This document shows, piece after piece, positions 11,821-22,126 of a stretch of DNA of 64,000 bases. The notes under the pieces are model-generated. The model had not been told where the DNA came from, did no database searches, and worked only from the letters and a program-made list of their open reading frames with translations. Numbering within the stretch: the first letter of the stretch is position 1; each line of letters starts with the position of its first letter. This DNA is from Candidatus Levyibacteriota bacterium (GTDB taxonomy: Bacteria > Patescibacteriota > Microgenomatia > Levybacterales > UBA12049), in assembly GCA_052034235.1 (NCBI GenBank), contig JBPOIT010000002.1, positions 5,939 to 69,938 on the forward strand, given 5' to 3'. Made by a program: the position numbers and the translations under genes.

Positions 11821-13197
11821 ATGATCTCTTTTAGAAACCACCGTTATGATTATGACCTCATCGTCCTTGGAAGCGGTTCAGGGGGAAGTGTTGCAGCTCA
11901 TTACGCCCAATCCCTTGGCAAGAAAGTTGCTATTTTTGAGGCAGAAGAGGTAGGCGGAGAATGTCCTAATTATGCATGTGTCCCGACAAAGGCGATGCTT
12001 CACGCTGGGAGAACGTATGAAACTGTACAAAATGCAAAACTATTTGGCGTCAATGTCTCTGATGTTACATTAAATTATAATGCAGTCAAACGATGGAAAG
12101 ATCTAGTCGTTACAAGAACAGGCACCAATCATGGCAAAGCATCGTTTGAAAGAGACGGTATTCATTTGATTCATGAGAAAGCAGTTTTTACCTCTCCTCA
12201 TGAAATTCAAGCTGGTAGCAAAGTTTATAGCGCCGCAAAATTCCTCATTGCAACTGGTGCCAAAAATTTTGTACCTCCAATTACGGGACTTGAAGAAGCC
12301 GGTTATATCTCTTCAAAGGAAGCCTTAGATCTTGATAGTGTACCTAAGGCAATAATGATTTTTGGTGGAGGAGCAGTTGCGTGTGAATTTGCTGAGATCT
12401 TTGCAAATTTTGGTTCCAAAGTGACAATCGTTATCAGAGGAGATAAGCTGCTGAATAAAGAAGATACTGAAGTTAGTGAACTTATTGAAGCATTGTTTGT
12501 AAACAAAGGAATTAAAGTCCTCAAAGAAATGGCAGTAGTAAAAGTAGAGAAGAAAGATGGGAAAAAAGCAGTTCATTACCACAGCAAAGAGCGCGATTTC
12601 GTTGCTGAATATGATGAGATCCTGATGGCAGCGGGCAAAAGGGGGAATATTGATTTCAATCCCGAAAAAGCAGGTTTGAAAATCGATAAAGGAAGACTTC
12701 TTGTTGATCGTCATTTGTTGACCAACGTTTCTCATATCGCAGCAGCAGGAGATGTTGCAGGTCCATATCTGTTTACACATACAGCATCTTATCAAAGCAA
12801 TATCGCGGGGATTAATTTATTTGCACGTGACAAAGTGAGCGTTGATTATACTGTTGTCCCCAGATGCGTTTTTGTGACACCTGAGGTTGCCTCTGTCGGG
12901 ATAAGTGAAATTGAGGCTAAAGAGAAAGGGATTGCTATCAAAAAAGGCATTATGGCAATTGGTATGCTTGGTCGTGCTAATACCTCCGATGATTTTGATG
13001 GCTTTGTAAAAGTGATTACCGATAAAAAAGATGTTATTATCGGTGCCTCAATTGTTGCACCAAGAGCGGGGGAAATGATTCATGAACTAGCTCTCGCAAT
13101 TCATAGTAAGATAAGAGCACAAACGATTGCGAACATGATTCATGCATACCCCACTTATTCGGAGGGCGTAAAAATCGCCTGCAGCTTCGTTTCCTGA
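11821..13197 (+). CDS. Class I pyridine nucleotide-disulfide oxidoreductase (dihydrolipoamide dehydrogenase-like)
   Basis: GSGSGG FAD site, GGECPNYACVPTK redox disulfide, GGGAVA, AGDV, HAYPTYSE. Confidence 0.9.
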   Translation: MISFRNHRYDYDLIVLGSGSGGSVAAHYAQSLGKKVAIFEAEEVGGECPNYACVPTKAMLHAGRTYETVQNAKLFGVNVSDVTLNYNAVKRWKDLVVTRTGTNHGKASFERDGIHLIHEKAVFTSPHEIQAGSKVYSAAKFLIATGAKNFVPPITGLEEAGYISSKEALDLDSVPKAIMIFGGGAVACEFAEIFANFGSKVTIVIRGDKLLNKEDTEVSELIEALFVNKGIKVLKEMAVVKVEKKDGKKAVHYHSKERDFVAEYDEILMAAGKRGNIDFNPEKAGLKIDKGRLLVDRHLLTNVSHIAAAGDVAGPYLFTHTASYQSNIAGINLFARDKVSVDYTVVPRCVFVTPEVASVGISEIEAKEKGIAIKKGIMAIGMLGRANTSDDFDGFVKVITDKKDVIIGASIVAPRAGEMIHELALAIHSKIRAQTIANMIHAYPTYSEGVKIACSFVS

Positions 13198-13386
13198 CCG
13201 TTATAGGCTATTGACAACCTCTTAAAAAAAGTTATAAGCTGGATATGTCTACTAAATGCATTAAGTATACTTACCAATAAAAATGAGATAAATCTAGATA
13301 TCAAATTTTTAAAGGGAAATATATAAAAAGAAATGAAAAAGAATAAGAAGAGTATGTGAAGAGCATATAAACTTATTCCAATTCAA

Positions 13387-13417
13387 CAAAAAAGTCTGTC
13401 AAAAGCAGACTTTTTTG
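13387..13417. terminator. Bidirectional intrinsic terminator-like hairpin
   Basis: CAAAAAAGTCTG-tcaaaag-CAGACTTTTTTG inverted repeat. Confidence 0.65.
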
Positions 13418-13450
13418 ATATCTGACCCCTACATGCTACAATAGCCACGT

Positions 13451-15214
13451 ATGGACCAAGTTGCCCAAATCCGCGAAAAAATAGATATTGTTGCGCTTAT
13501 CTCTGAATTCGTACCTCTTAAAAAAGCAGGGAGAAATTTCAAAGCCAATTGTCCTTTCCATTCTGAAAAAACACCTTCGTTTATGGTTTCCCCTGATAGG
13601 CAGACATGGCATTGTTTTGGCTCATGTAATAAAGGAGGAGATGTTTATTCCTTTGTTATGGAATATGAACGCCTTGAATTTCCTGAAGCCCTCAGAATGC
13701 TTGCAAAGCGTGCAGGAATAGAACTCGTCACACAACATGTTTCAAGTGGCCTTTCTTCAAAAAAGGAACGGATGTACCAGATCAACACGTTTACGAAAGA
13801 ATATTATCATTATGTACTTACCAAGCACAAAGCAGGAGACCGAGCGCTGCTCTATTTAAAAGACAGGGGAGTTTCTGAAAAAGTAATTGAAACATTTCAG
13901 ATTGGCTTTGCGCCAACGGGGAATAGTCTCTCAAAGTATCTCCTGAACAAAAAACAATTTACTAAAGAAGAATTGGTAGAAGCAGGTGTTGCATTTCAAG
14001 CTGGTCGTGACACCGTTGATTTTTTCCGTGACCGATTGATGTTTCCGCTTATTGATCATAGAGACAATGTGGTGGGTTTTGCAGGCAGAATTTTGGATAA
14101 AAATGCTAATGTCGCCAAGTACGTAAATACACGTGATACGCTGGTTTATCATAAAGGAGAACATCTGTTTGGTATAAATGTCACCAAAGAGGCTATGAGG
14201 CGTGAGAATCATGCTATTTTAGTTGAAGGAGAGTTTGATGTTATTTCATGTTTCCAACATGGCATTGGCAATGTTCTGGCAGTCAAGGGAACGGCACTGA
14301 CCGAACAACAAGTAAATCTTATCGGCAGATTTGCGGAGAAGCTGACTTTCTGTTTTGACGGTGATAAAGCAGGGCAGGAAGCAATCAAACGAAGTTTGGT
14401 TCTTGTTGAAAAAAAAGGATTGACTCCGACGGTTATTAAAATCCCTGGCGGCAAAGATCCTGATGAAGCACTGCAAAAAGAACCAGGACTTTTCAAAAAA
14501 GCTGTCAAAGAGGATTTTGGGGTTTATGATTATTTATTGGAACAAACACTAGAGAGCGCTGATACAAAAACAGCTGAAGGGAAGAAGGAGGTTTCTGAAA
14601 CAGTATTGCCATTTATTGCAGAAATAAAAAACGAGATTATTAAAGAACATTATCTTCGAAAATTAAGCACAGAACTCGGCACATCGTATGAAAGTATTAT
14701 AAGAGAACTAGACCGTCTAAAAACAAAAGAAGTACAAAAAACAGTCGTGCAAGTACTTCCCAAAATAAAACGTCCACAAGAAGAAATTAAAGAAGAATAT
14801 CTTCTTTCAATGATACTGCAGGGAAAACATCCGAAGGAATTGCTTGAAAAAGCGATAGCGATTTTATCAGATATGCTTTCCCATGATAGAGCACCACAAA
14901 AAGTTATGTATTTCTTGTTTAAGTATGTTGAAAGTGCTGAGGTATTTGATGGCAAAAAATTTGGTGATAGCCTGCCGCAAGAACTGATTGCAACGTATGA
15001 CAGAAGTTTATTGTATCCATTGCCTGAACTTTCAGATACGCAGGAGCTCCTTGAAGTAGAGAAGCTAGCAGTACAACTAAGAGAATTATACGTAAGACAA
15101 AAGATAAAACAAAAATCTGCTGAGAAAAAAGAGAAAGAACTTGCCGGTAACGACGAGGAAGCAATGCAATTAGCGCAAGAAATCTCAAATCTGTCAATTT
15201 TATTAAAAAGGTAG
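13451..15214 (+). CDS. dnaG: DNA primase
   Basis: CPFHSEKTPSF...WHCFGSC zinc finger, KYVNT, TOPRIM EGEFD and FDGDKAG, KDPDE. Confidence 0.97.
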   Translation: MDQVAQIREKIDIVALISEFVPLKKAGRNFKANCPFHSEKTPSFMVSPDRQTWHCFGSCNKGGDVYSFVMEYERLEFPEALRMLAKRAGIELVTQHVSSGLSSKKERMYQINTFTKEYYHYVLTKHKAGDRALLYLKDRGVSEKVIETFQIGFAPTGNSLSKYLLNKKQFTKEELVEAGVAFQAGRDTVDFFRDRLMFPLIDHRDNVVGFAGRILDKNANVAKYVNTRDTLVYHKGEHLFGINVTKEAMRRENHAILVEGEFDVISCFQHGIGNVLAVKGTALTEQQVNLIGRFAEKLTFCFDGDKAGQEAIKRSLVLVEKKGLTPTVIKIPGGKDPDEALQKEPGLFKKAVKEDFGVYDYLLEQTLESADTKTAEGKKEVSETVLPFIAEIKNEIIKEHYLRKLSTELGTSYESIIRELDRLKTKEVQKTVVQVLPKIKRPQEEIKEEYLLSMILQGKHPKELLEKAIAILSDMLSHDRAPQKVMYFLFKYVESAEVFDGKKFGDSLPQELIATYDRSLLYPLPELSDTQELLEVEKLAVQLRELYVRQKIKQKSAEKKEKELAGNDEEAMQLAQEISNLSILLKR

Positions 15215-15230
15215 TACTTTACCCTAGAGC

Positions 15231-15259
15231 TTGCATCATTTGAACCTGGGTGGTACAAT
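15231..15259 (+). promoter_or_regulatory. sigma70 promoter for rpoD
   Basis: TTGCAT-17 bp-TACAAT with extended -10 TG. Confidence 0.6.
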
Positions 15260-15271
15260 AGGGAAATCGCG

Positions 15272-16354
15272 ATGTCCCAGAAGTTACCTACAATCCTATC
15301 CGATGTGGCTGTATCGGCTAAAAAGCGTGGATACATCACACAGGATGAAATTCTTGGCATATACGCCAAACCTGAAGAACACATAGAAGAGCTTGACGCA
15401 TTCTATGATAAACTCATGCGTTCAAACATTGATGTGTTTGAATCAGTAGCCCAGCAACAGGACGTCCAAAAGCCTATTGAGGACCTCGAAAAAGAACTTG
15501 AAGCACTCACTGTTTTAACTGAAGGTTCAGTCTCAGATCCAGTCCGCATGTACCTCAAAGAAATAGGAAGAATCCCACTGCTTACCTTCGAAGAAGAAAT
15601 CGAACTGGCAAAGCTTGTCGAAAAAGAAGATGTGGCTGCTAAGAAGAAACTTATTAACTCAAATCTCCGTCTCGTTGTTTCGATTGCCAAAAAATACATC
15701 GGCCGAGGTTTGTCACTCCTTGACTTGATCCAAGAAGGAAACCAAGGACTTATCCGTGCGGTTGAAAAATATGATTGGAGACGCGGTTTTAAATTCTCAA
15801 CATACGCAACCTGGTGGATTCGTCAATCAGTTACTCGTGCTATCGCTGATCAAGCAAGAACCATCCGTATTCCAGTTCATATGGTTGAGAATATTAATAG
15901 ATTCCTCCGTTCACAAAGAAAGCTTATGCAGGAACTTGGTCGTGAGCCAACCCCTGAAGAAGTTGCAAAAGTCCTTGGTATTGAACCTGATAAAGCCCTT
16001 GAGATTATTAAAATCTCACAAAATCCTGCATCACTTGAAGCACCTGTTGGTGATGAAGAAGACAGCAGACTTGGGGACTTTATCCATGATACATCAGCAC
16101 CAACACTCTTTGATTCAGCATCACGTGAACTGCTTAAAGAGCAAGTAGAACAGGTCTTGGGAACATTGTCAGATAGAGAGCGAAGAGTATTAAAAGAACG
16201 ATTTGGTCTTGATGATGGACGTCCAAAGACACTTGAGGAAGTAGGACGTATGTTTGCAGTTACTCGTGAGCGTATTAGACAAATTGAAGCCAAAGCACTT
16301 CGTAAACTCCGCCATCCTTCACGAGGTAACAAACTCCGCGATTATCTTGTTTAA
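15272..16354 (+). CDS. rpoD: Primary RNA polymerase sigma factor
   Basis: [55 protein letters not shown]. Confidence 0.98.
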   Translation: MSQKLPTILSDVAVSAKKRGYITQDEILGIYAKPEEHIEELDAFYDKLMRSNIDVFESVAQQQDVQKPIEDLEKELEALTVLTEGSVSDPVRMYLKEIGRIPLLTFEEEIELAKLVEKEDVAAKKKLINSNLRLVVSIAKKYIGRGLSLLDLIQEGNQGLIRAVEKYDWRRGFKFSTYATWWIRQSVTRAIADQARTIRIPVHMVENINRFLRSQRKLMQELGREPTPEEVAKVLGIEPDKALEIIKISQNPASLEAPVGDEEDSRLGDFIHDTSAPTLFDSASRELLKEQVEQVLGTLSDRERRVLKERFGLDDGRPKTLEEVGRMFAVTRERIRQIEAKALRKLRHPSRGNKLRDYLV

Positions 16355-18120
16355 TCACCAGAATAGGGAAGTGAAAAGAAAAAGTCTGATCCTTTATTTT
16401 GCTTTGATTCAACCCATAATCTTCCTTTATGGTTACGTATTATCTCAGCACAAATATAGAGTCCCAATCCAAATCCTACCATAGATTTTTGGTGGAATTT
16501 GTTACTCCTATAAAAGCGCTCAAAGATTTTCTCCTGATCCTTTTTTGCAATACCTATACCGGAATCTTTGACCCGGATAATGACTTCTTTTTCTGATTCT
16601 TCAATAAAAATATATACATGCTTGGCATGTGGGGAGTATTTAACCGCATTAGAAATAAGGTTGACAAGCACTTGATAGATTCTGTCTATATCAAAGTTCA
16701 GTTTTCTTTTTGTGCCGCCGACAATTACCAATTTATGAGTATCGATTCCATATTGCATATCTTTTACAGTTTTTTGTACGAGGCTCTCAAGAGAGTGTTC
16801 TTTTTTGGATAAGGTAAACATACCATTTTCAATCCTGCTTACATTCAATAAATCTTCAATCAATACTTTCATCTTTCCTAATTGTTCATTAATTGAATGA
16901 ATAATATACAAGTTTTGTTGATCGCCTTTTTTAATAATATCCTTTTCAAGTAATTGACTGAATGCAATGACTGAGGTGAGGGGAGTTTTTAGTTCATGAC
17001 TTGCGATACTTATAAATTCATTTTTACTTTTCTCAACAGCTTTTTCGTGGCTGTTATCACGAAAAATAATAGTGACACCGATGACATTTCCATTTTGCAG
17101 CATGGGGCTTATTGTGCATTCCGCTGAAAAGGTTTTGCGGAATTTTGACTTCATAAAAAAGTCATGAGCTTTAATATGTTTTCCTGTAGTGAGAACATAT
17201 GATATAGAATTTTTTCCATGCTTTGCAGTGGAGTTATAAGTAGCGCTTTTAAGCGTTAAGACATCTTCAAATGTTTTTTCGTACACTTTTTCATTTCGCA
17301 AACCCAGCAGGTCTCTTGCAACATCGTTGATAAGTACTATTTTTCGTTGAGTATTTATTATGACAACTCCATTACCAATACTAGAAATAACGTTTAGTGT
17401 TGATAATTCAAATAATCCATATTTATATATCGCGTACGTTGTAATCATCGCAGTAATTGTCGTGAGTGGTATCGCGACGGGAAATACTGAAATATGAAGT
17501 GCAGGTAATATGCCGTTTGTAATTGTCCCAAATATGATAGGAATCGCGATAGCGATTATTAAAAGAATTGACTGTTTTTTTCTCAATCCGTCGAACGTTT
17601 TTTTTGACATCTGCCATATGATAAAAATTGAGTAAAAAGAAATCAGTTCAAACCAAATTACCATAATTGGGAAAAGTGAACCTGTTGGAACTGCGTTTCC
17701 CCAGGTGGTTTTAATAATTTCGGAATAATTACGAGACTCAATAAGATTCGTATTCCATGCGAAGTAAAGAAATATAATAGACGGCGTATAGACACCAAGA
17801 ATATAAGCAAGGCTTTTAGCAGTTGTTAAACTACCTGTATAAGCAAGTGCAAAAAGTGACATTGCTACTGGAATGAAAACATAACCAATGGCAGATATTT
17901 TATCGATAGCTATAAAAAGATTTTCGTTGAATTCATACGTGATAAGAAGTAATTGAGGAATTGACCAAAAGTTAATGAGGAGAAGCAGAACAACGAACGT
18001 GCTTAAAATAGGGGAATTCACTGTTCGTTTCAGCAATATTACTATTAGAATACTGTTCCCACTCGAGGCTAGCAGGAGCAAGAGAAAATACAATTCCTGC
18101 ATAAAAAAACCCTTACACAT
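16351..18120 (-). CDS. Sensor histidine kinase (7TM N-terminus, PAS, HisKA, HATPase)
   Basis: About 7 TM helices, PAS-like segment, [32 protein letters not shown]. Confidence 0.92.
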   Translation of the reverse strand: MCKGFFMQELYFLLLLLASSGNSILIVILLKRTVNSPILSTFVVLLLLINFWSIPQLLLITYEFNENLFIAIDKISAIGYVFIPVAMSLFALAYTGSLTTAKSLAYILGVYTPSIIFLYFAWNTNLIESRNYSEIIKTTWGNAVPTGSLFPIMVIWFELISFYSIFIIWQMSKKTFDGLRKKQSILLIIAIAIPIIFGTITNGILPALHISVFPVAIPLTTITAMITTYAIYKYGLFELSTLNVISSIGNGVVIINTQRKIVLINDVARDLLGLRNEKVYEKTFEDVLTLKSATYNSTAKHGKNSISYVLTTGKHIKAHDFFMKSKFRKTFSAECTISPMLQNGNVIGVTIIFRDNSHEKAVEKSKNEFISIASHELKTPLTSVIAFSQLLEKDIIKKGDQQNLYIIHSINEQLGKMKVLIEDLLNVSRIENGMFTLSKKEHSLESLVQKTVKDMQYGIDTHKLVIVGGTKRKLNFDIDRIYQVLVNLISNAVKYSPHAKHVYIFIEESEKEVIIRVKDSGIGIAKKDQEKIFERFYRSNKFHQKSMVGFGLGLYICAEIIRNHKGRLWVESKQNKGSDFFFSLPYSGD

Positions 18121-18209
18121 ATTGTACCATCAATTATGACGAAGGTAATTGATCTATCTCACGAGGGACTGGAATTTATGACGCTATTTGCTTATGATTA
18201 GAAGACCAC

Positions 18210-19712
18210 ATGTCTAAACGATTTAAGCATTTTCTTAAGAATTACATACTCCTTTTTGTTATTTTCCTGACAGGCGCTGCAGTTCTCATTATTGAGGTCA
18301 CTGCGACGAGAATTCTTTCTGTCTATTTTGGTAATACAATTTTTACTGTTTCAAGTGTGCTTAGTGTTATTTTACTTGCCTTGAGTTTGGGATATTATCT
18401 CGGAGGCAGACTCGCTGACAAGCGTCCCTCAGAACTGTTATTTTTTCAGCTTATTGCAGTAAGCGGTTTAAGTGTCTTTTTGCTCCAATTTCTGAATAGT
18501 ATGTTTATTCCAATGCTTAGCAAAACACTGGACATGCAGTATGGGCCAATTTTTGTCTCACTCATTCTTTTTTTACTTCCGGGCTTTCTTTTAGGTCTGT
18601 TATCTCCACTCGTTGCCAAACTCCAAACTATTCGCATGGGTGCTGATGAAGTTGGAAGGATTACTGGTGATGTGTTTTTCTGGTCAACACTTGGAAGTAT
18701 TATTGGAAGTTTGGCAACAGGTTTTGTGCTTATTCCACTTTTTGGAGTGACTGAAATTATCCTTGGGACTGGCGTGTTACTTCTGATCATCGGTTGTCTC
18801 GGTATGATACAAATCCAAAAGAATCGATTAGCAACAATCAAACTTCTCACATTGTTTATCACCATCTCTTTTATACAAATCTGTTTGAGTTTTTTGGCCG
18901 ATAAACAACTGAGAGAGAATGTGGTTTATGCAAACGACGGTTTATATGACAATATTGTCATTTTTGATGGGATGCTGGAGAATCGTCCGACACGATTTTT
19001 GCAGCAATCAACTGATGCCTCAAGTGCTATGTACAAAGACTCAACAGAGTTGGTATATGACTATACAAAGTATTACCGATTATATTCGCTGACAAAGCCT
19101 GATATCACTCGAGCAATGGTAATCGGCGGAGGAGCATATTCAATTCCGAAAGACCTGTTACTGACTGATAATGATGTTATCGTTGATGTTGCAGAAATTG
19201 AACCTGAAATGTATGAGCTTGCAAAGGATTATTTTAGCGTTCCGAATGATAACAGGCTCGTAAATTACGTAGGGGATGGGAGAAGATTTTTGCAGGAAAC
19301 TGATCAGTCTTATGATCTAATTTTTGGTGATGCATATCATACATCAATCCCGTCTCATTTAACGACACAGGAGTTCCTTCGTCTAACCAAATCAAAACTC
19401 ACCAAAGACGGCGTATTTATTATGAATGCTATCGGAAGGCTACGGGCAGAAAAACCTTCATATTTGCTATCTCAGATAAAAACATTTATATCAGTTTATC
19501 CAAATACAATGATTTTTGCAGTTCATGACAAAGCATATACGGGGCCACAGAATATCATTCTTGCTGGTTTTAATACAGAAAAACCAATTAATCCAGGCAC
19601 GTTTGCTGATAAAATAATTAAAATAGGGGAGTTCGATTTGGAATCACATGCACTCTTCACAGACAACTATGCACCAGTGGAATACTTTAACGTCGTCAAT
19701 AAGCTCCGTTAA
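18210..19712 (+). CDS. Fused MFS-like membrane domain / spermidine synthase-like SAM-dependent domain
   Basis: N-terminal TM block (EVTATRILSVYFG), IGGGAYSIP, EIEP, GDGRRFL, DLIFGDAY, FTDNYAPVE. Confidence 0.85.
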   Translation: MSKRFKHFLKNYILLFVIFLTGAAVLIIEVTATRILSVYFGNTIFTVSSVLSVILLALSLGYYLGGRLADKRPSELLFFQLIAVSGLSVFLLQFLNSMFIPMLSKTLDMQYGPIFVSLILFLLPGFLLGLLSPLVAKLQTIRMGADEVGRITGDVFFWSTLGSIIGSLATGFVLIPLFGVTEIILGTGVLLLIIGCLGMIQIQKNRLATIKLLTLFITISFIQICLSFLADKQLRENVVYANDGLYDNIVIFDGMLENRPTRFLQQSTDASSAMYKDSTELVYDYTKYYRLYSLTKPDITRAMVIGGGAYSIPKDLLLTDNDVIVDVAEIEPEMYELAKDYFSVPNDNRLVNYVGDGRRFLQETDQSYDLIFGDAYHTSIPSHLTTQEFLRLTKSKLTKDGVFIMNAIGRLRAEKPSYLLSQIKTFISVYPNTMIFAVHDKAYTGPQNIILAGFNTEKPINPGTFADKIIKIGEFDLESHALFTDNYAPVEYFNVVNKLR

Positions 19713-19718
19713 AAAAAT

Positions 19719-19749
19719 CGGACCTGCCGTGAAGTGTTCGGTAGGTCCG
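19719..19749 (-). terminator. Intrinsic terminator hairpin between convergent genes
   Basis: CGGACCTGCCG-9 nt-CGGTAGGTCCG; adjacent A-run gives a U-tract on the minus strand. Confidence 0.65.
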
Positions 19750-19794
19750 TAAGGGTATTATATCACTTAAGAACAAGTACATATTTTAATAGTT

Positions 19795-20451
19795 TTAACT
19801 AGGTATGGGGAACTTCTCCTTAGTTATATTAATGATCTTCTTAGTCAAACGATTAGCTGCTTGGCGTCGCGTTAAAGCGGATAACATCTCCTCTGCAGGA
19901 ACAATTGAAGGTTCATGAGTTTTGTGCTTATCTCCGGTGGTAAGAAAAAATGCTGTCCTATCTGTTGACGGATAAATCCGAAAGGAGAGGTAATCATCAT
20001 GTGCATTATTAAACTCTTCAGGTAATACTCCTGCTAATATAGGGAGTCCGCTGGCTCTCCTGTATGATTTATCAATTCCGGTATGAGGGTGCATTTGCGG
20101 GATATAGATACCACCAATTAAACCAGGCCCGTCATTGAAATCACCACGAGCTGCTGCTATAACAAGCTTGTGAGGATCTGTCGCTTGTTTATCACGATCT
20201 TTTTGCAGGCTTAGAAACACAATATTTCCTTCTATTATTGTGAATGTTTTCTGTATACCTACGACACCTGTGTCTGATGGACGTATATAGACTTGTATTT
20301 CAGCGCCTACAAGACGCTCTCTTTGTTTTTTGGTAAGTGTTGTTTGGCGGGAATCAATTAATTCTGCGTAAATAGCTTCGATTCCACCTTCAAAACCATG
20401 ACCAGAAGCTCTTTGAGGTTTTCTAAGTCCAAGCTCTGCGAGTACATTCAT
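19795..20451 (-). CDS. Hypothetical protein
   Basis: 218-aa ORF with ATG and its own terminator; no recognisable motif. Confidence 0.6.
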   Translation of the reverse strand: MNVLAELGLRKPQRASGHGFEGGIEAIYAELIDSRQTTLTKKQRERLVGAEIQVYIRPSDTGVVGIQKTFTIIEGNIVFLSLQKDRDKQATDPHKLVIAAARGDFNDGPGLIGGIYIPQMHPHTGIDKSYRRASGLPILAGVLPEEFNNAHDDYLSFRIYPSTDRTAFFLTTGDKHKTHEPSIVPAEEMLSALTRRQAANRLTKKIINITKEKFPIPS

Positions 20452-20528
20452 AGAGCGGAATTATAGCATAAATAATTGCTCTGGATTTCTGATACGGTTG
20501 ATGGTAAAATAACGTTTACCGTTAATAT

Positions 20529-20600
20529 TCCGCGATAGCTCAGCGGTAGAGCAGGAAGCTGTTAACTTCAAGGTCCTAGGTTCGAATCCTAGTCGCGGAG
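20529..20600 (+). tRNA. tRNA-Asn (GTT), CCA not encoded
   Basis: Acceptor stem TCCGCGA/TCGCGGA, D arm GCTC..GAGC, anticodon loop CTGTTAA, T arm CTAGG-TTCGAAT-CCTAG. Confidence 0.97.
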
Positions 20601-20606
20601 CATGAT

Positions 20607-20630
20607 AAAGAGCCGAAAGGCTCTTTTTTT
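20607..20630 (+). terminator. Intrinsic terminator after tRNA-Asn
   Basis: AAAGAGCC-GAAA-GGCTCTTT followed by a T-run. Confidence 0.9.
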
Positions 20631-20769
20631 GTGGCATGTAACAAAGGAAGTGCGAAGAAATAATATTTATTAAAATTTGTTACATTTCTCTTGCTAAAAA
20701 GATATTGTGATTGCAGTTGGTAGTTGGCATAATAGTAAAAATTGTATTAGAAAAGGGGGTGAATGAATT

Positions 20770-21150
20770 ATGGCGAAATACGTAGACGGATTTGTCCTTG
20801 TCGTTCCAAAAGACAAAACTGAAGAATACAAAAAAATGGCAGAAGGCGGTCGTGATACTTGGATGAAGCATGGTGCTTTGGAATATTATGAAAACCGAGG
20901 TGATGATCTTGCTCCACAGGAAATGGGTGATGAAAAAGGCCGTGCATTTCCAGAAATGGCTGCAGCAAAAAGTGATGAGACAGTTTGGTTTTCTTTTATA
21001 ATTTTTAAATCAAAAGAACATCGAGACGAAGTCAATGCTAAGGTGATGGAAGAATTTGGTAAACAGGCTGAAGAAGGTAAAGATATGCCGATGCCTTTTG
21101 ATATGAAGCGAATGGCATATGGTGGTTTCCAAGTAGAAGTAGAAGGCTAA
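20770..21150 (+). CDS. DUF1428 (YbaA-like) protein
   Basis: YVDGFVLVVP, GALEYYE, VWFSFI, MPFDMKRMAYGGF; strong SD. Confidence 0.9.
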   Translation: MAKYVDGFVLVVPKDKTEEYKKMAEGGRDTWMKHGALEYYENRGDDLAPQEMGDEKGRAFPEMAAAKSDETVWFSFIIFKSKEHRDEVNAKVMEEFGKQAEEGKDMPMPFDMKRMAYGGFQVEVEG

Positions 21151-21171
21151 ATAATTTATAAAAATCACAAG

Positions 21172-21198
21172 ATCGCTCTCATTGTTGAGAGCGATTTT
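21172..21198 (+). terminator. Intrinsic terminator
   Basis: ATCGCTCTCA-ttgt-TGAGAGCGAT-TTT. Confidence 0.65.
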
Positions 21199-21298
21199 GA
21201 TGAATTGAATAGTGAAAATGACGCTCTGACTTCGTCCATTAAGCAGGGCAAAATAAAAGCTCTTTATCAAATTACTTTAATTTGATATCATATGACAT

Positions 21299-21727
21299 AT
21301 GGCAACAATAAATCCTTGGATTAACTTCAACGGTAATGCAGAAGAAGCATTTACGTTTTATAAATCAGTATTCGGCGGAGAATTTACGAAAGTAGTACGT
21401 TTCAAAGACATTGCGAGCGCTGAATTCCCAATCCCTGAAAAAGAAGAAAATAAAATAATGCATATTGCCTTACCTATTGGTAAAGGTTCTACGTTGATAG
21501 CAAATGATGTTCCAGAAATCTTGGGACAAGTAAATGAGCATGAAAATAGAAGCAAGATTTTACTAAGTACGGAAAGTAAAGAAGAGGCGGACAGATTATT
21601 TACTGGCCTTTCGGTTGGTGGAGAGGTTGAAGGACCTATGGGAGACAGTCCGTGGGGCTCATATGCGGGTATGTTTCGAGATAAATATGGCATTGAATGG
21701 ATAATAGAATTTTCTCCTGATAAATAA
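21299..21727 (+). CDS. VOC/PhnB-family protein
   Basis: INPWINFNGNAEEAFTFYKSVFGG, IMHIAL, WGSYAGMFRDKYGIEW. Confidence 0.9.
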   Translation: MATINPWINFNGNAEEAFTFYKSVFGGEFTKVVRFKDIASAEFPIPEKEENKIMHIALPIGKGSTLIANDVPEILGQVNEHENRSKILLSTESKEEADRLFTGLSVGGEVEGPMGDSPWGSYAGMFRDKYGIEWIIEFSPDK

Positions 21728-21762
21728 ATACATTATCAAAAGTAGTTTTGTATAGTTCGTTT

Positions 21763-22095
21763 ATGCAAAAACTTATTAAGAATTATCCTCTTATATCCTC
21801 AGCTGTTTTAGGTTTTATTTTCCTTATTCCGTTTATTGTTCTTGAGATTGTAAATAGGTGGAAATTTAGCGAAGGGTTTCCATTTGCTGTTTTTACTTTT
21901 ACATGGGCTCTTCAAACTGTTTTTATACTGATACTGTTGAAATTTATAAAGAAAAGACAGTCAGGAAAAACTTTTAAAGAAAATCCATTTATCATTATTC
22001 TACAAATAGTAAGCTTGGTACTTATAGCTTATATTTGGGGAGGCTGGATTATCGACCAATGGCCCTGTTTGATGGGTGTGCCAAATTGTGACTAA
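21763..22095 (+). CDS. Small membrane protein (3 TM), C-terminal PCLMGVPNCD
   Basis: Hydrophobic helices; terminal Cys pair. Confidence 0.6.
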   Translation: MQKLIKNYPLISSAVLGFIFLIPFIVLEIVNRWKFSEGFPFAVFTFTWALQTVFILILLKFIKKRQSGKTFKENPFIIILQIVSLVLIAYIWGGWIIDQWPCLMGVPNCD

Positions 22096-22126
22096 ACTTA
22101 TATCTTCTGATACAATACCCTAACTT

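Noticed and set aside
11821-13197. Mercuric reductase (merA) call
   Set aside because: It lacks the C-terminal Cys-Cys pair and the N-terminal HMA domain, retains an H....E catalytic pair, and has no mer genes nearby.
14650-15384. 244-aa minus-strand ORF, and the many other short overlapping ORFs in the track (e.g. 61134-61778)
   Set aside because: They are antisense or frame shadows of well-supported genes such as dnaG, rpoD and nrdR, with no motifs of their own.
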